Shown here: one piece after another, positions 13,460 to 26,141 of the stretch
Numbering within the stretch: the stretch's first letter is position 1
Layout of the letters: each line of letters begins with the position of its first letter
NCBI GenBank assembly: GCA_013239625.1
Contig: MU053472.1
Location: 3,581,410-3,645,409 of the forward strand
Length of the DNA stretch: 64,000 bases
Direction: 5' to 3'
From: Lama guanicoe
Lineage: Eukaryota
Translations under genes and position numbers: made by a program
Notes under the pieces: model-generated
Database searches by the model: none
What the model was told of the DNA's origin: nothing
Seen by the model: only the letters and a program-made list of their open reading frames with translations

Positions 13460-15065
13460 TCTCTCTGAGGATTTTAATGATTGTTTTCATTTCCTTTTTT
13501 AGTTTTCTTTCTTTTGCATAGACTGTCTCCTCCATATTGTCTTGTTTTGGTTGGTTGGTTTAGCTGCTGTTATAATCGTCTCCTTATGTTAACAAGTAGG
13601 GAGCTAGTTGGAAGCTCTGGGGGCCAAGGTGAGGTGGATGGTCTTTCTGCTTGCCTGTAGACTGATCTGCCTACATCTTTGTAGAGAAAGTCCTTGTTGA
13701 CATCTTTGGAACTTTTTTCTAGGTTGTTCACATTCCTCAGAGGAAATGTTCAGTATCCTCAAAGGTTAAGAACCTGGTTGCCAATGTCCTGGAAACCAAA
13801 TGGAGGCTGAGAGGGAGGAGGTCTCAGCATTCTGCCATTGGAATGCATATATACATCCTCTTTCTGGTAGATGTTTAAACTTTCACCTGAGCTTTGAGGC
13901 TTCTCCATAGAGCCTCAGCTGTGCCTTTCTCACCACTTTAGATAGTGCCAGGGTAGGGTAGTTATCCAGCAGCATGGAGAAAGAGGGATGTGGACATATC
14001 TTCTGGAACAGCTTTCCATAAACTTGGTTCTTTAGTATTTTCCCATTTCACCTGGTTCTAGAAGTTCTGGTACTGTTAAATCTGGAGTTTGAGTATTCTG
14101 CAATGTCATTTGGGTTAGTTTTTAGTTTTCCCCAGAACTGGCTTAAGATTTGGCCATCCCTGGTCTTGTTGTGTCATTTATCATTTATAACTGTCAAAAA
14201 CATGTTACTGCTGTTCCTTCTGTTCTCTCCTTGAAAGTTGTTGCCTTTTAAAAACTGCTTTTCTGCAGTTATTGTGGGGTTTTGGGAGGGAGTGAAATTT
14301 ATAGGTATTCAATATACCATCTCTACCCAGAACCCAGAATTATTTGCAGTAGTGAAAATTTGAACCAACTTAAATGTCCAGCAATAAAGGGAATGATTAT
14401 ATGAATTACGATCCAATCATAAGATGACTATCATGAAGAAATTTTAAATTTTGCTTCCTATAAGTTTTTAATGAGAGAGAATGAAGCTAATGGGTAAAGT
14501 AATATATGCAGTAATTATATATTGTGTTATTTCAACTATTTTAAAAGAAGCAAACAAGAAAAGCCCTGCTCGAAAGGCCTACAGTGTAGTGGGGGAAGTA
14601 ACCCTGAATGCCAGGCAGAGAAGAATCCAGGCAGTAACATAGGCACAGTCTAGACTGTGCTCAAGGTCAAGCACAGGTGTTACTGTGTCCTAAAATTGAC
14701 TGACAGGAACCAGGCCAACCTCTGGTACAACTCCCAAGTGATCTTACCAGGGTTATACTGCTGTCTTAGTAGTTCCAGTGGCTGCTTTTCATGTTGTTTA
14801 TAATCAATCCTTTTAGCTCCATGCATAAGCAGTAATAAAAAAGTGAATTCAGGCTTCAGAGATAGAGACAGGTGTTGATCTGTGGCATTTAAAAAAAACT
14901 TCACACCCACACAAGTTAGAGAGGCTGCAGTATATAAAGACCTTTTCTCTGAGTCGTGGTGCAATCAGCTTGTACTGTTGGGAATAGATGTTTAACTCTG
15001 CTGGAGTATGGAAAGGAACTACAATCATGCTTTCCCTGATAATTTGCTTTTCCAAAGGCTGTATT

Positions 15066-15170
15066 TCTTCTTCCTTCCTTCCTTCTATCCTTCCTTCCTT
15101 CTATCCTTCCTTCCTTCCTCATTTTCTTTCTTTTTCTCTCCCTCTTCTCTCTCCTTCCCTTCCTTCGTTT
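15066..15170. repeat. (CTTC)n pyrimidine-rich microsatellite
   Basis: Visible directly. Confidence 0.85.
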
Positions 15171-16659
15171 TCATGTATCATTCAGTCCACCCCACTTAAA
15201 GTGTAAAATTCAGTGGTTTTTAGTATACTCACAGTTTTGCAGTCATCACCACAATAAATGTTATAAAATTTTTATCACCCTGGGGTCCCCTTTTTTAACA
15301 AATAGTAATGTTCCCTTTACTACTTGTAGTATGTTCATAGAAAATACGAATATTCAAGATGTTCATAGAAAATAGAAGCTATGTATATATATATACTTCC
15401 CCCACAAGCGACATAAATGTCCTAACTGTAAAATAAAGAAGAAATAAAAATTAAATGTTATCATAAAATATTTTAATATGTAACTGCTTGGTGTGGCTAC
15501 ACAAGGAAACAAAAATGTCCCCATGCATTTTCAAAACTACCCCTTGAGTGTGATGGCAGAGTCAAGAACTACTGGTTTATGTGGAGGTTTGAAATAGCAG
15601 AGCAGAGGGCATTTAAAAGATGTAAATATAATATAAAAGGAATACCAGAAAGCAGCTAAGATGTGGTTACAGTTTGCATGAATTTGTAGTTGGAGGATCA
15701 CAACTTCCTCGAGCAGTGCTGGGGAAAATGGGAGTAAAGGAGGTGACTGTTGGATCTATCCCCTGATGGAGGACGTGTGCTATGCTGCAGCATAAAGGGA
15801 GGAAGATGAGGTGGTTAAGGGGCTAGTGAGTCAAATGGCATCTAGAATCTGAAGAAACAAATGAACTGAGTGGTACAGATTTACTGAGAGAGACTTATCC
15901 TGGTTCAAAACACATAAAATGGTGGGAGAATATGACAGCAACAAAACAGATTTTTCACATGTATCACTTAGCAAAAAAAGAGAAAGTCACAGGGATCAGA
16001 AGAAAAACTCCAGAGGGGAAATGTAGGAATGGACGCTGTGTATTCCCTAAGGACATCTGTCCATGCTCAGAAGCGCGGGGTCAGGTGTGAGGTGGCGGGG
16101 TTAACAGAGCACGGGCAGGGGCGGGAGACAAAACCTAGGTAAGGGATCTGACTGGATCTCCCTCCTCATTCTGTAAAACCGAGGAACAGATTCAGAGGGC
16201 TAGAAGCTTATCGCGAGCCGTGCAATGTGACACTAAATTGGAGTCCAGATCTTGGGAGTCCAAACCCTTCACTCTTTGCCCTTCTAGCAGGTAGCCACGA
16301 CTTTCTCGGCTTGACGCCCTGCTCCTGTGCCTTTGTGGAACAGGAGGGAACGTTGCGGGGCTGGTTTAGAGCGTTGGTATCCAGGCAAGGATGCCGGCTG
16401 AAGCTGGCTCCCGACTAAAGGTCTTCCGCGTCCGTTTGCTCCGGGGACTTCACACATGGTGAAAGGGAGACCTTAGGCTACGCCAACATTGGGGGAGGGG
16501 TGGATTTGTGTCAGGAAAGTAGCCTGATCACGCCACTTAGGTCGGAGCGAGTGGGAGGAGGAAGAAGTCTTCCCCAGCAGCCGGGAGGGGGCGCAGCCGT
16601 CAACCCCCGGGAGCGCTTCTGCCTCTGGGACCTGCCGGTTGCACAAGACGTTTTGCCGG

Positions 16660-16871
16660 GAGGTGGAGTATGTAGATGAAGACAGCGCGTTTTGGAACCG
16701 TCTTGCCTGGAAAGCCGTGCTGGATTATCTATTACCAATACTAAGACATAGTATGAAAATCTGTTTTCTTGGGCTTCTTAGAAAAAGGCTACTTGGAATC
16801 ATTTCAGGAGTGACCGAAACCTTACAGTGGTGTGCACAGCAGCGGGCAGTGTCGGGGCTAGTTCGTAGTTC
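16660..16871 (+). promoter_or_regulatory. snRNA promoter of variant U1 copy 3 (DSE ATGTAGAT 16670, PSE 16811), next to a CpG-rich region at about 16050-16720
   Basis: Motifs and spacing match Pol II snRNA promoters. Confidence 0.78.
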
Positions 16872-17036
16872 ATACTTGCCTGGTAGGTGAGATACCATGA
16901 TCACGAAGGTGGTTTTTCCCAGGGTGAGGCTTATCTATTGCACTCTGGGTGTGCTGACCCCTGTAATTTACCCAAATGCGGGAAACTCGACTGCATAATT
17001 TGTGGTAGTGGGGGACTGCGTTCGCGCTTTCCCCTG
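16872..17036 (+). ncRNA. Variant U1 snRNA copy 3 (165 nt; A7G plus 10 other substitutions and a 1-nt insertion); expressed variant or decaying gene
   Basis: ATACTTGCCTGGTAGGTGAG...; U1-70K loop, AUUGCAC, Sm site and stem-loop IV intact; ATGTAGAT at 16670, PSE TGACCG at 16811 (-61). Confidence 0.85.
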
Positions 17037-17471
17037 GCATACATGTTTTGACTGGACTAGGTGAAACTTTTTATGTTTATTTCTATTGTCAACCTCGTAG
17101 TTTAGAGTTTGTTTATGATATCCGGTTTGTCTTAAGCTTCACACTAGGGTTCTTTTTCTGCTTTTTGTTCTTGTATTAAGGAGAGCGTGTTTTTTGTCAG
17201 AAGATTTATTTATTTTTTATTTTTTTTTGCTTTCCAAAGGTCTTGTTGCTGTTGTAGTGAGTTATACTGTAAGCAGTAGTAACTTAAGTTTGTTTCATTG
17301 CTCTAGATGTTGGAGAGAGTATGTTTTTTGACCTTTTCTGCTTTTTGAAGGCTGTCTGTACAAAAACGTTTTTTGTAATCTGTTCGTTCATTTTCAAAGC
17401 TGACAATGTAGCATTTCCTGTTTGCTGACTTCTCTCCTGTCCTTAGACTTAAACCTGTTGGGGGTCCAGAA

Positions 17472-17600
17472 GGGATAGGTCAGTGGTAGAGCTTGTGCTT
17501 AGCATGCGCAAGATCCTCGGTTCAATCCCCACTGTCTCCATTCAAATAAATAAAAAGCGAAGTATCTCCCTCTTCCCCAAAATACAGCATGAAGAAATGT
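17472..17600 (+). mobile_element. Vic-1-like SINE in U1 spacer; duplicate at about 25525-25653
   Basis: tRNA-Ala-like head plus aaataaataaa tail. Confidence 0.75.
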
Positions 17601-18088
17601 TAAATGGATAAACGTCTCAGGCCTGCCTGCCTCCTCCTATAAGGGCCCTGTGATCACAGTAGGTGCACCTGGATGTTTCAGACCTTTACCCACCTCCATC
17701 TCAAAGCCTTAATCACGTAGTCTTGCTACAGTGAGGTAACATACACAGGTTCCGGGGATTAGGACGCAGACATTTTCCGTGGGTGAGTATTCAGCCTACC
17801 ACATCAACAAAAGCCGGAGATGTGTTTGTCGGGCGCTGTGGAATGACGTCACTGAAAGATACTTGGAGTATGTAAATGACCGCAGTGTCTGCTGGTCTTG
17901 TTCACACTGTGCAGATACTAGTTATTTTCTGCAGTGTCCAGATCTACAAAAATCTGATTGTCCGTCTTTTACAGTTTGTAGAAGTGTTTGTTTCGTCAGT
18001 GACGGTCTGGAGCGTGCGTGCAGTGCATGACCGTATGTTTGAAGTGTTTGGAATGTGAGGGTGAGGTTGGAGGCAGCGTTGTGAGCTC

Positions 18089-18252
18089 ATACTTACCTGG
18101 CAGGGGAGATACCATGATCACGAAGGTGGTTTTCCCAGGGCGAGGCTTATCCATTGCACTCCGGATGTGCTGACCCCTGCGATTTCCCCAAATGTGGGAA
18201 ACTCGACTGCATAATTTGTGGTAGTGGGGGACTGCGTTCGCGCTCTCCCCTG
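18089..18252 (+). ncRNA. RNU1: U1 snRNA copy 4 (U157C allele)
   Basis: Full-length U1; ATGTAAAT at 17870; 3' box GTTTAACAGTAGA at 18262-18274. Confidence 0.97.
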
Positions 18253-18631
18253 ATGCAGTTAGTTTAACAGTAGATTAGATTTCTCGCTTTGTGTTGTTTA
18301 TTTGCTCTAGTCTGGGAGTTATAGGCGCTTGGGTTTTCACTTGGCTCTTAAACTGTGAGCTCTATTAACGGATTTCTACTTTGAGCAGTGAGAATATCGT
18401 TCCCAAAGGCTGTTCCTTATTCTTGTAAGGGGCTACTTGTAAGCATTTACTATTTAAGTCTGTTTCACTGTTCTGAATATCAAAAGAGAGTACTTTTTTG
18501 GCTTTTTCTCTCTTGTCTGTTGTTTGTGTTCGTTCACTTTGAAAGCCAAGAGTTTAGTATTTTTTGCCTGCTGACCTCTGTCCTCACACCTAAACTCGGG
18601 CCGCCTGGGGGAGGGGGTAGCTCGGTGGTAG

Positions 18632-19700
18632 TGTTACAGAAATGACAGGCTAGCCAAGAAACAAGCACTACTCGGAGGGTCGGAGTACTCAGATTTATTA
18701 TGCTGGCAGGCTCAGAGGGGCTTCTGCTCCGAAGCTCTGAGCACCTCCAAGACGTGTGCATGAGGTTTTACAGGGTTAATTTACAAGCTTGGGGTATTAG
18801 GCCAATAGGCATGGAACAGCTTTAGCAGCATCATTATCACAAAAGTAGAGGCAGGGAGGGAGCAAACCAACATTTCAAGGCCAGATATGTCTCTTTGAAA
18901 ATCCAGCTGACTAGCAAATAAAACAATACAAAACAAAACAAAAACATGAGCAGGGAATCAGCAAACCGACACTTGTTACACTTAGATTCATGAGTTAGCT
19001 TATTAGCTGAGCCTGTCTTTTCCTTCTCAGGTTTATTCAGATACATTGAAAGGCAGGAGAAAGGCCACGAGGTGTAGGGGTTGAGTGCTCAGATTAAAAG
19101 TAGGTACACATTCCATAGACAGAATGTGGGCTGTAAGTAGTGTGATTGAAGGTTTATTTGAGGACTTCAGTATTTTAATCGTGTAGTCGAAGGTATGCTA
19201 TCGTGTATTCGCTGGTCATATTTTTGAGTAACACTGTTTCTGTAGTGTGTGATAGGTAAGGTAATACTCAGGTTACATGTGGCTGTTTCTTTTTATTCTT
19301 TTCTCTGTGGCTACTGAAACACTTTTAATTACAGGAAGAGAGAGGCTGCCGCAAGATGCTGTATTGATGGTTTTTATGGGCTTGGTGGCTTCATATGCTA
19401 ATAAGTGGAAGGACCAGTCTAAGTAGCCTGGGGAGGGGGCTGGGATTCCCAGGAAGTTGGCCATTTCAAACTCTTTGACCTTTTGTGGCTAGCCTTGGGA
19501 CTGCCATGGTGCCTGTGGGCATGTTATTCACCATGTTACTGTATTACAGTGAGTGTATAATGAAGCTCAAAATCTGCTAGAAGTTAAATCTGTCATCATC
19601 TTTAGCCTCAAGGCCTTCTAGGGGTTGAATCTTTCACCATTTTGATATTAATTGCTGTAGCATTCGTTGAATGGCTGTGCCCTGCCCCATTCCTGTCTCA
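18632..19700. mobile_element. Composite LTR insertion interrupting a SINE in the U1-4/U1-5 spacer
   Basis: SINE head stops at 18631, tgttaca... begins; the right end cctgtctca matches the LTR at 23578-24178. Confidence 0.65.
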
Positions 19701-20180
19701 TAAGGGCCCTGTGATTACAGTAGGTGCACGTGGATATTTCGGGCCTTTTCCCCGCGGCCTTCCATACTGTCCCCCAATCCTCCCATCTCAAAACCTGAAT
19801 GATGTGCAATCTGTTTTGCTAGAGTGAGGTAACATTCACAGGTTCTGGGGATTAGGACGCAGACATTTTCAGGGGTGAGTATTCAGCCTACCGCATCAGC
19901 AAAGGCCGGAGATGTGTTTGTCGGGCGCTGTGGAATGACGTCACTGAAAGATACTTGGAGTATGTAAATGACCGCAGTGTCTGCTGGTCTTGTTCACACT
20001 GTGCAGATACTAGTTATTTTCTGCAGTGTCCAGATCTACAAAAATCTGATTGTCCGTCTTTTACAGTTTGTAGAAGTGTTTGTTTCGTCAGTGACGGTCT
20101 GGAGCGTGCGTGCAGTGCATGACCGTATGTTTGAAGTGTTTGGAATGTGAGGGTGAGGTTGGAGGCAGCGTTGTGAGCTC

Positions 20181-20260
20181 ATACTTACCTGGCAGGGGAG
20201 ATACCATGATCACGAAGGTGGTTTTCCCAGGGCGAGGCTTATCCATTGCACTCCGGATGT
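20181..20260 (+). pseudogene. 3'-truncated U1 copy 5 (nt 1-80) with intact promoter
   Basis: Perfect U1 match to nt 80, then unrelated sequence; no Sm site or stem-loops III/IV. Confidence 0.93.
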
Positions 20261-20982
20261 AAACGTGGTCATCAGTAAGAGTTCCCTCAGCATAGTAAAA
20301 AAAAAAAAAAGCCTATGAATATCTGTGAAATCATGTCTATGGGGGACACAAATAATCCTTAGAGGATTCAGAGCTCTGGCCAGCCTGGCATTCATGGATA
20401 CCATGAAAACAGCAAATCTCCTGAAATGAAATTAGGAGGGTAGTTCAATAATGAAATCATATTGTATAACTGAGATGAGATGGGCTGGATCACACTTTGT
20501 GAATGAGAGTATCTAGCAAATGTCTAAGTAGAGAGACTGGTTTATACTGCAGAGCCCTGAGGGTGGGAAATGCAGAGCCAGGGCCGGCTGGTGTTTGTCA
20601 GAGGTGAATGAGTTTGGCTCTGCAACCCAGGGTGTTTGTGTAGTGTCTGTAGAGTTGCTCGTGCTTTCCTGGTAAGACATTTAGATTTAGTTGTATCAGT
20701 GCTATGGACTTCTTGACAGTCACACCTACTCTATGAATTTATATAACAAAAGTCAGCTTTTAAAAGTTACTGCCGTCTTCATTATATTTTTCAACATCAA
20801 CCTTTCCTTGGCCCCCCATGAGGCTAAGGTATGGGTGGAAGTTCATAGATAAGGTGAGACTCACAGACTGAGGGGCATGTCTGTTGGGACAGGACGTCTT
20901 AGTTGGCAGGGTCCATAATCTCAGAGGTGGGTGTGCCAGTGCCGCCCCTCCCCAGATATGTGGGAACTGTTATGATACTTAC

Positions 20983-21978
20983 TGTATTGAGGGAAGGGCT
21001 AGGCCTCTCTGCCTTGGCTTATTTGGGGTGCTAACTAAAAACTGGCACTTGCCACCTGCCTCTACAAGGATTGGATCATGTTGGCACTTGCCCTCTAACT
21101 CTGCTTGGATTAAATCACGAGCTGCTGCAACCGCTGACCTCCAACACTCCCTGGAAGGAGTTCAGGATGGAGATCAGGAATGAGGTAATCTGAGCGTGCA
21201 GATGGCGTCACCTGGAGCGTGAGCAGCCGCACGAGGATATCCGAGACAATGGCCAAGAACAAAGAGGGCAGAAGTCCAGGAATGTATTCCACATAGCCAG
21301 CCAAAAAAGCTTTAAGGTTAAAAAAAAAAAAGCAAAACCAGTTACCACTAATCTTAAGAAGGTAAAAATTGTGAATGATGAAAAAGTGAACAGAGTGAAT
21401 AAACCCTTTATAGATATACAAAAGGAACTTGCACATTTCTCAAAAGGCCTTTCCCTTGAACCTCTGCATAAACAGCTGATTCCTGAGCAATGTCATGAAG
21501 ACAAACCAGTTAATGTTGAAGCTACAAGATTAATGGCTTAGCTGTAATACACCAGTGATGCAGTAAATTCCCCAAATAGACCAATAAATTAAATGTTTTA
21601 TACAATTAAAAAAAAAAAGGAATGAGGTACTCAGTGCTCTGGGGAAACTGGCTGAACAGGCCTCTAGATAGTTAGATATTTTCAGGAGAAGATTTTATGA
21701 CCTCCAATTCTTGCGTCTCCTTTTATCTAGACAAGCACTAAAATCATTAACTGTGACATCTGCTCCTTGTGACTAGCAGCGAGCCTCTGCCTATAAGTGT
21801 GCTTGACTGCATGTCCCCCTTTTACTGAAATCAAATATAATACTGAGTTTCCCCTGCCTCTTTGGAACAGTTTCTCAGAACTTTCTGGGATGCTGTCTCC
21901 TAGGATATAGTCCTCATTTTGCCTCAAATAAAACTTAACCCACCACTCTTACATTGTGTGATTTTATTTCAGCCAACA
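20983..21978 (+). mobile_element. Solo LTR hosting the RBIS retrocopy (left boundary uncertain)
   Basis: AATAAA near 21927 and terminal ...gccaaca. Confidence 0.5.
21188..21617 (+). pseudogene. RBIS: RBIS (C8orf59) processed pseudogene
   Basis: ATG 21249 MAKNK/SRNVFHIASQKSFK/KAKPVTTNLKK...EATRLMA with frameshifts and a stop; AATAAA 21583, poly(A), 12-bp TSD aggaatgaggta (21176-21187, 21618-21629). Confidence 0.9.
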
Positions 21979-23577
21979 GGGGTCTTTGAGTTAGTTGATC
22001 ACTGAGTTGTTTTATTCTATGTGTTTGAATATATGTATGTATGTGTATGAATATATATTGACTATGATTATTGCTGATAATTATCATTGTTCTTAAAGGA
22101 ACAAGCACAGATATCTAAAATATGATAAAATCAAAATTTGAACATAAGTCTGTCTGATTCTAAAGCCTGTGTTCAAAACTAAATATTGTGCCAGATACTT
22201 CTTGTGATGGCTCCACCAGGGTTTGGTCTCCTTTTCATGAAGAAAAAAACAGTCTAAAAAAGTTATTAGACTTTCAAGAACAATTATTACTTTCATTAAC
22301 AAATTCTTGAAAGTCCGTAACCTGTATCTCACAACCAGGAACACTGATATCATTTCAATGCATTTGCTTCCAGTAACTTTCCTTAAGGATACACTTTTTC
22401 ACAAAATTGCACTCATGGTATACATATCATTTCATACCCTTTTTTCCTCTTAACTTTATATGATGAAAATGTTTTTCATGTTGTTAATTGTTGTTATATT
22501 ACTATTATGTTTGCTTAATACTCCATTTCTCTATTGCTTTGATTCTACGGGTTTTGGGTGATTTTTTTTTTTTTGTAATTCTGTGATGAACACCCTTGTG
22601 CATAGGGCATTGTCTTCCTGTAGAATTACTTGCAATAGGTTAGTAAATGAAATTTCTAGCTCAAAATGTATAACCTTATGTGGCACTAAATGTACATAAT
22701 TAGGGTTAAATTTTTAAAAATATTATAAGTATTATTTCAATCATGTCACAGAATATGTAGGGGATAATACATTAGTAAATATTTCGGTATTGACACTAAC
22801 ATAATTATGTTACGTTGCATTTTGATCTATTTCCTTTAAGTGTCTTAAACTTTGCACTTTTAGAAATAGTTTTAATCATAGTACATATTTCGTTTATATG
22901 CTTTTTTTTTGCACTCATTGTTATGCAGTTTAGGTTCTCCTCTCATTCTTAACAAACTTGGAGTTCTTTTTATAATTAACTGTGAACCCTGAAATTAGAT
23001 CTGAATTTTGAAAAATGAAAGGAATCAGGGAAAAGTAACTTTTAAAGTTTAAAAATACCGTATGTCACCTCTCCTCCCTCAAATAATCTGAGGCATTTCT
23101 TAAGATGACTAAAATATTAAAATAACAGAAAAATACTGGAAGTTACCCTAAGAAATCATTAATTCACAAAGATATACCTACAAGGCTGTTCACTGCAGTT
23201 AAATAGAAAATAACAATAAACTGGAAGCATAGAATATTGATCATATAAGTTATCTATGGCAATATATAACAAAATGAATGTAAAGTGTTACAAAACATCA
23301 TGTGAAGTATAATTCTATTTAAGAATATATATGTGTAAAGAACTGGAGTTATCATACATAATATTAAAGTGTTAACAGTGGTGATTTTGTAGTGGGATTG
23401 TGGTTAATTTTAATTTTGGAAAAAAACCACTTTTCTGTGTTCTCCTAATTATCTACAAGGGAAATTTATCACTTGTAGTAATTTAAAATATCCTCAAAAA
23501 AGACAAAGCCATGTGAACTAAGGAGGAAATAACTACCAAAGGTTTGCCAAATATGCCACCCCAAAATGTGCCACTTT

Positions 23578-24178
23578 TGATGCAGGAAAACAGATGTGGG
23601 GCATGAGGAGGGCATGTCCCAGGTCTCGGTTGAGCCCCTGGGACATGCCCCGCCAAGTGTGGGTCGTTGGCTTCGTGCAGGAAAGAATTCAAGTGCAAGC
23701 CACAGTTGAGTAAAGGTAGATTTATTTAGAGAGATATATACTGCATAGAGTGTAAGGCAAGAGAAAAGCAAAGAAAGGTGTGGGAATTGGGTGCTTAGGT
23801 TAAAGTAGAAGTAGGTACACACTCCACAGAGTGCAGGCCTTCTCCAAAGAGCACGGAGTGAAAAAGGATGGTCTTAGTAGCTTCTAGGCCTACAGGTGGG
23901 ACCATTCCAACTGCCCTGGGGAAGGGGCTGAGATTACTAGGAACTGGGCCATCACCCATTCTTTGGCCTTTTGCGGTTAGCCTTGGAGCTGTCATGGCGC
24001 CTGCAGGCATGTTATTTATCACGCTGTTACAACAGGCATATTATGAAGCTCAAGGTCTACTAGAAGTCAAACCTCTTAATTCTTAAGACCAACTAGGAGG
24101 TGAATCTTTCACCATTTTGGTGTTAAATTGCTGTCATTCCTTGAGTGTCTGTGCCCTGCCCCCTTCCATCCTGTCTCA
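23578..24178 (-). mobile_element. Solo LTR nested in an older LTR (about 23512-24466)
   Basis: TG...CA with 4-bp TSD cttt; related segments at about 37807-37990 and 19030-19700. Confidence 0.75.
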
Positions 24179-24729
24179 CTTTGGCATAAGGGTTATTTTG
24201 AGCTAAAAGCACTTGAAAAACGACATAGGTAAGAAGAGCGATCTGACCTCCCTTTCTCTTCCTGAAAGCAGGAGATAAAGCTCCCAAGTGAAATATGTCT
24301 TTCCTAACCCAGTGGAAAGAAACATTACCAGAGAAAGGGAGACAAAACCTGGATATTTCTGTGCAAACAGGTCTTGTCCAAATGAGTATCTTCTTTTAGC
24401 CTCCCCATATATATTAGTCACTCTTCCACAATTGTCTCTTTGTTCGACCTAATATAAAAACATCCCAGAGCGATTCAGACCTGAATAACTGTGTTGTGCA
24501 GCCCAACCCCCCCTCACCCCACCTCGCGCGACAGCCTCTACCCCCGACCCCAACTGCCCTGCCCCGCCCTGCAGCGCAGTATGCGGACTCTGAAGAAATC
24601 TATGGCAAGGAATTTACAAACCTTCCCACCTACACTTGTCGATAACTGTCTTTTTGGTTGTTGAGAGGCATAGCTAGAGAGAACTTACAGTTTTTCCAAA
24701 AGTGGTGACATCACGTGACAAATGATAAA

Positions 24730-24946
24730 AGGACGGCATATGTAGATGAGGAGTGCGGTGCCTGTCGGATGGAATTCATTCTTAATGGGACAATTTCTCC
24801 TGAATGTTCAAAAGGCTGGATCCTCATCAGTGTCATGAATAACCCTGAATTTTCTAAACAAAGGCCTAAGGACGTGGAATATAATTGACCATAACTATAC
24901 AGTGTGCTGAGGGCGAGGGTGCAGTGCCAGGCGAGAAGAGCAATTC
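24730..24946 (+). promoter_or_regulatory. snRNA promoter of U1 copy 6
   Basis: ATGTAGAT at -207, TGACCATAACTATACAGTG at -61. Confidence 0.8.
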
Positions 24947-25110
24947 ATACTTACCTGGCAGGGGAGATACCATGATCACGAAGGTGGTTTTCCCAGGGCG
25001 AGGCTTATCCATTGCACTCCGGATGTGCTGACCCCTGCGATTTCCCCAAATGTGGGAAACTCGACTGCATAATTTGTGGTAGTGGGGGACTGCGTTCGCG
25101 CTCTCCCCTG
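24947..25110 (+). ncRNA. RNU1: U1 snRNA copy 6 (U157C allele)
   Basis: Full-length U1; ATGTAGAT at 24740, PSE TGACCATAAC at 24886 (-61). Confidence 0.97.
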
Positions 25111-26141
25111 GTATACGTGTGTCTGACTGAAAGATGAAGTTTTTTATGTTTGTTTCTGTTTTTCAACCTTGTATCTTAGAGCTTGTTTGTGGTATCTAGT
25201 TTGTCTTGGGCTTCACGCTAGCTTTTTTTTTTTTTTTTGTATGAAGTAAGTCGAGTTTTTTCTCAGAAGATCGGTTTTTTTATTTTCTAAAGGTCTTGTT
25301 ACTGTTGTAGTGAGTTATACTGTAAGCAGTAGTGACTTAAGTTTATTTCTTTGCTCTAGATGTTGGAGAGAGTATGTTTTTTGACCTTTTCTGCTTTTTG
25401 AAGGCTGTCTGTACAAAAACGTTTTTTGTAATCTGTTCGTTCATTTTCAAAGCTGACAATGTAGCATTTCCTGTTTGCTGACTTCTCTCCTGTCCTTAGA
25501 CTTAAACCTGTTGGGGGTCCAGAAGGGATAGGTCAGTGGTAGAGCTTGTGCTTAGCATGCGCAAGATCCTCGGTTCAATCCCCACTGTCTCCATTCAAAT
25601 AAATAAAAAGCGAAGTATCTCCCTCTTCCCCAAAATACAGCATGAAGAAATGTTAAATGGATAAACGTCTCAGGCCTGCCTGCCTCCTCCTATAAGGGCC
25701 CTGTGATCACAGTAGGTGCACCTGGATGTTTCAGACCTTTACCCACCTCCATCTCAAAGCCTTAATCACGTAGTCTTGCTACAGTGAGGTAACATACACA
25801 GGTTCCGGGGATTAGGACGCAGACATTTTCCGTGGGTGAGTATTCAGCCTACCACATCAACAAAAGCCGGAGATGTGTTTGTCGGGCGCTGTGGAATGAC
25901 GTCACTGAAAGATACTTGGAGTATGTAAATGACCGCAGTGTCTGCTGGTCTTGTTCACACTGTGCAGATACTAGTTATTTTCTGCAGTGTCCAGATCTAC
26001 AAAAATCTGATTGTCCGTCTTTTACAGTTTGTAGAAGTGTTTGTTTCGTCAGTGACGGTCTGGAGCGTGCGTGCAGTGCATGACCGTATGTTTGAAGTGT
26101 TTGGAATGTGAGGGTGAGGTTGGAGGCAGCGTTGTGAGCTC

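Larger units (their letters stand above)
17237..18252 (+). repeat. About 1-kb near-identical U1 unit (spacer, SINE, promoter B, U1), repeated at about 25290-26305
   Basis: Direct comparison at offset 8053; weaker homology continues upstream to the preceding U1. Confidence 0.92.
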
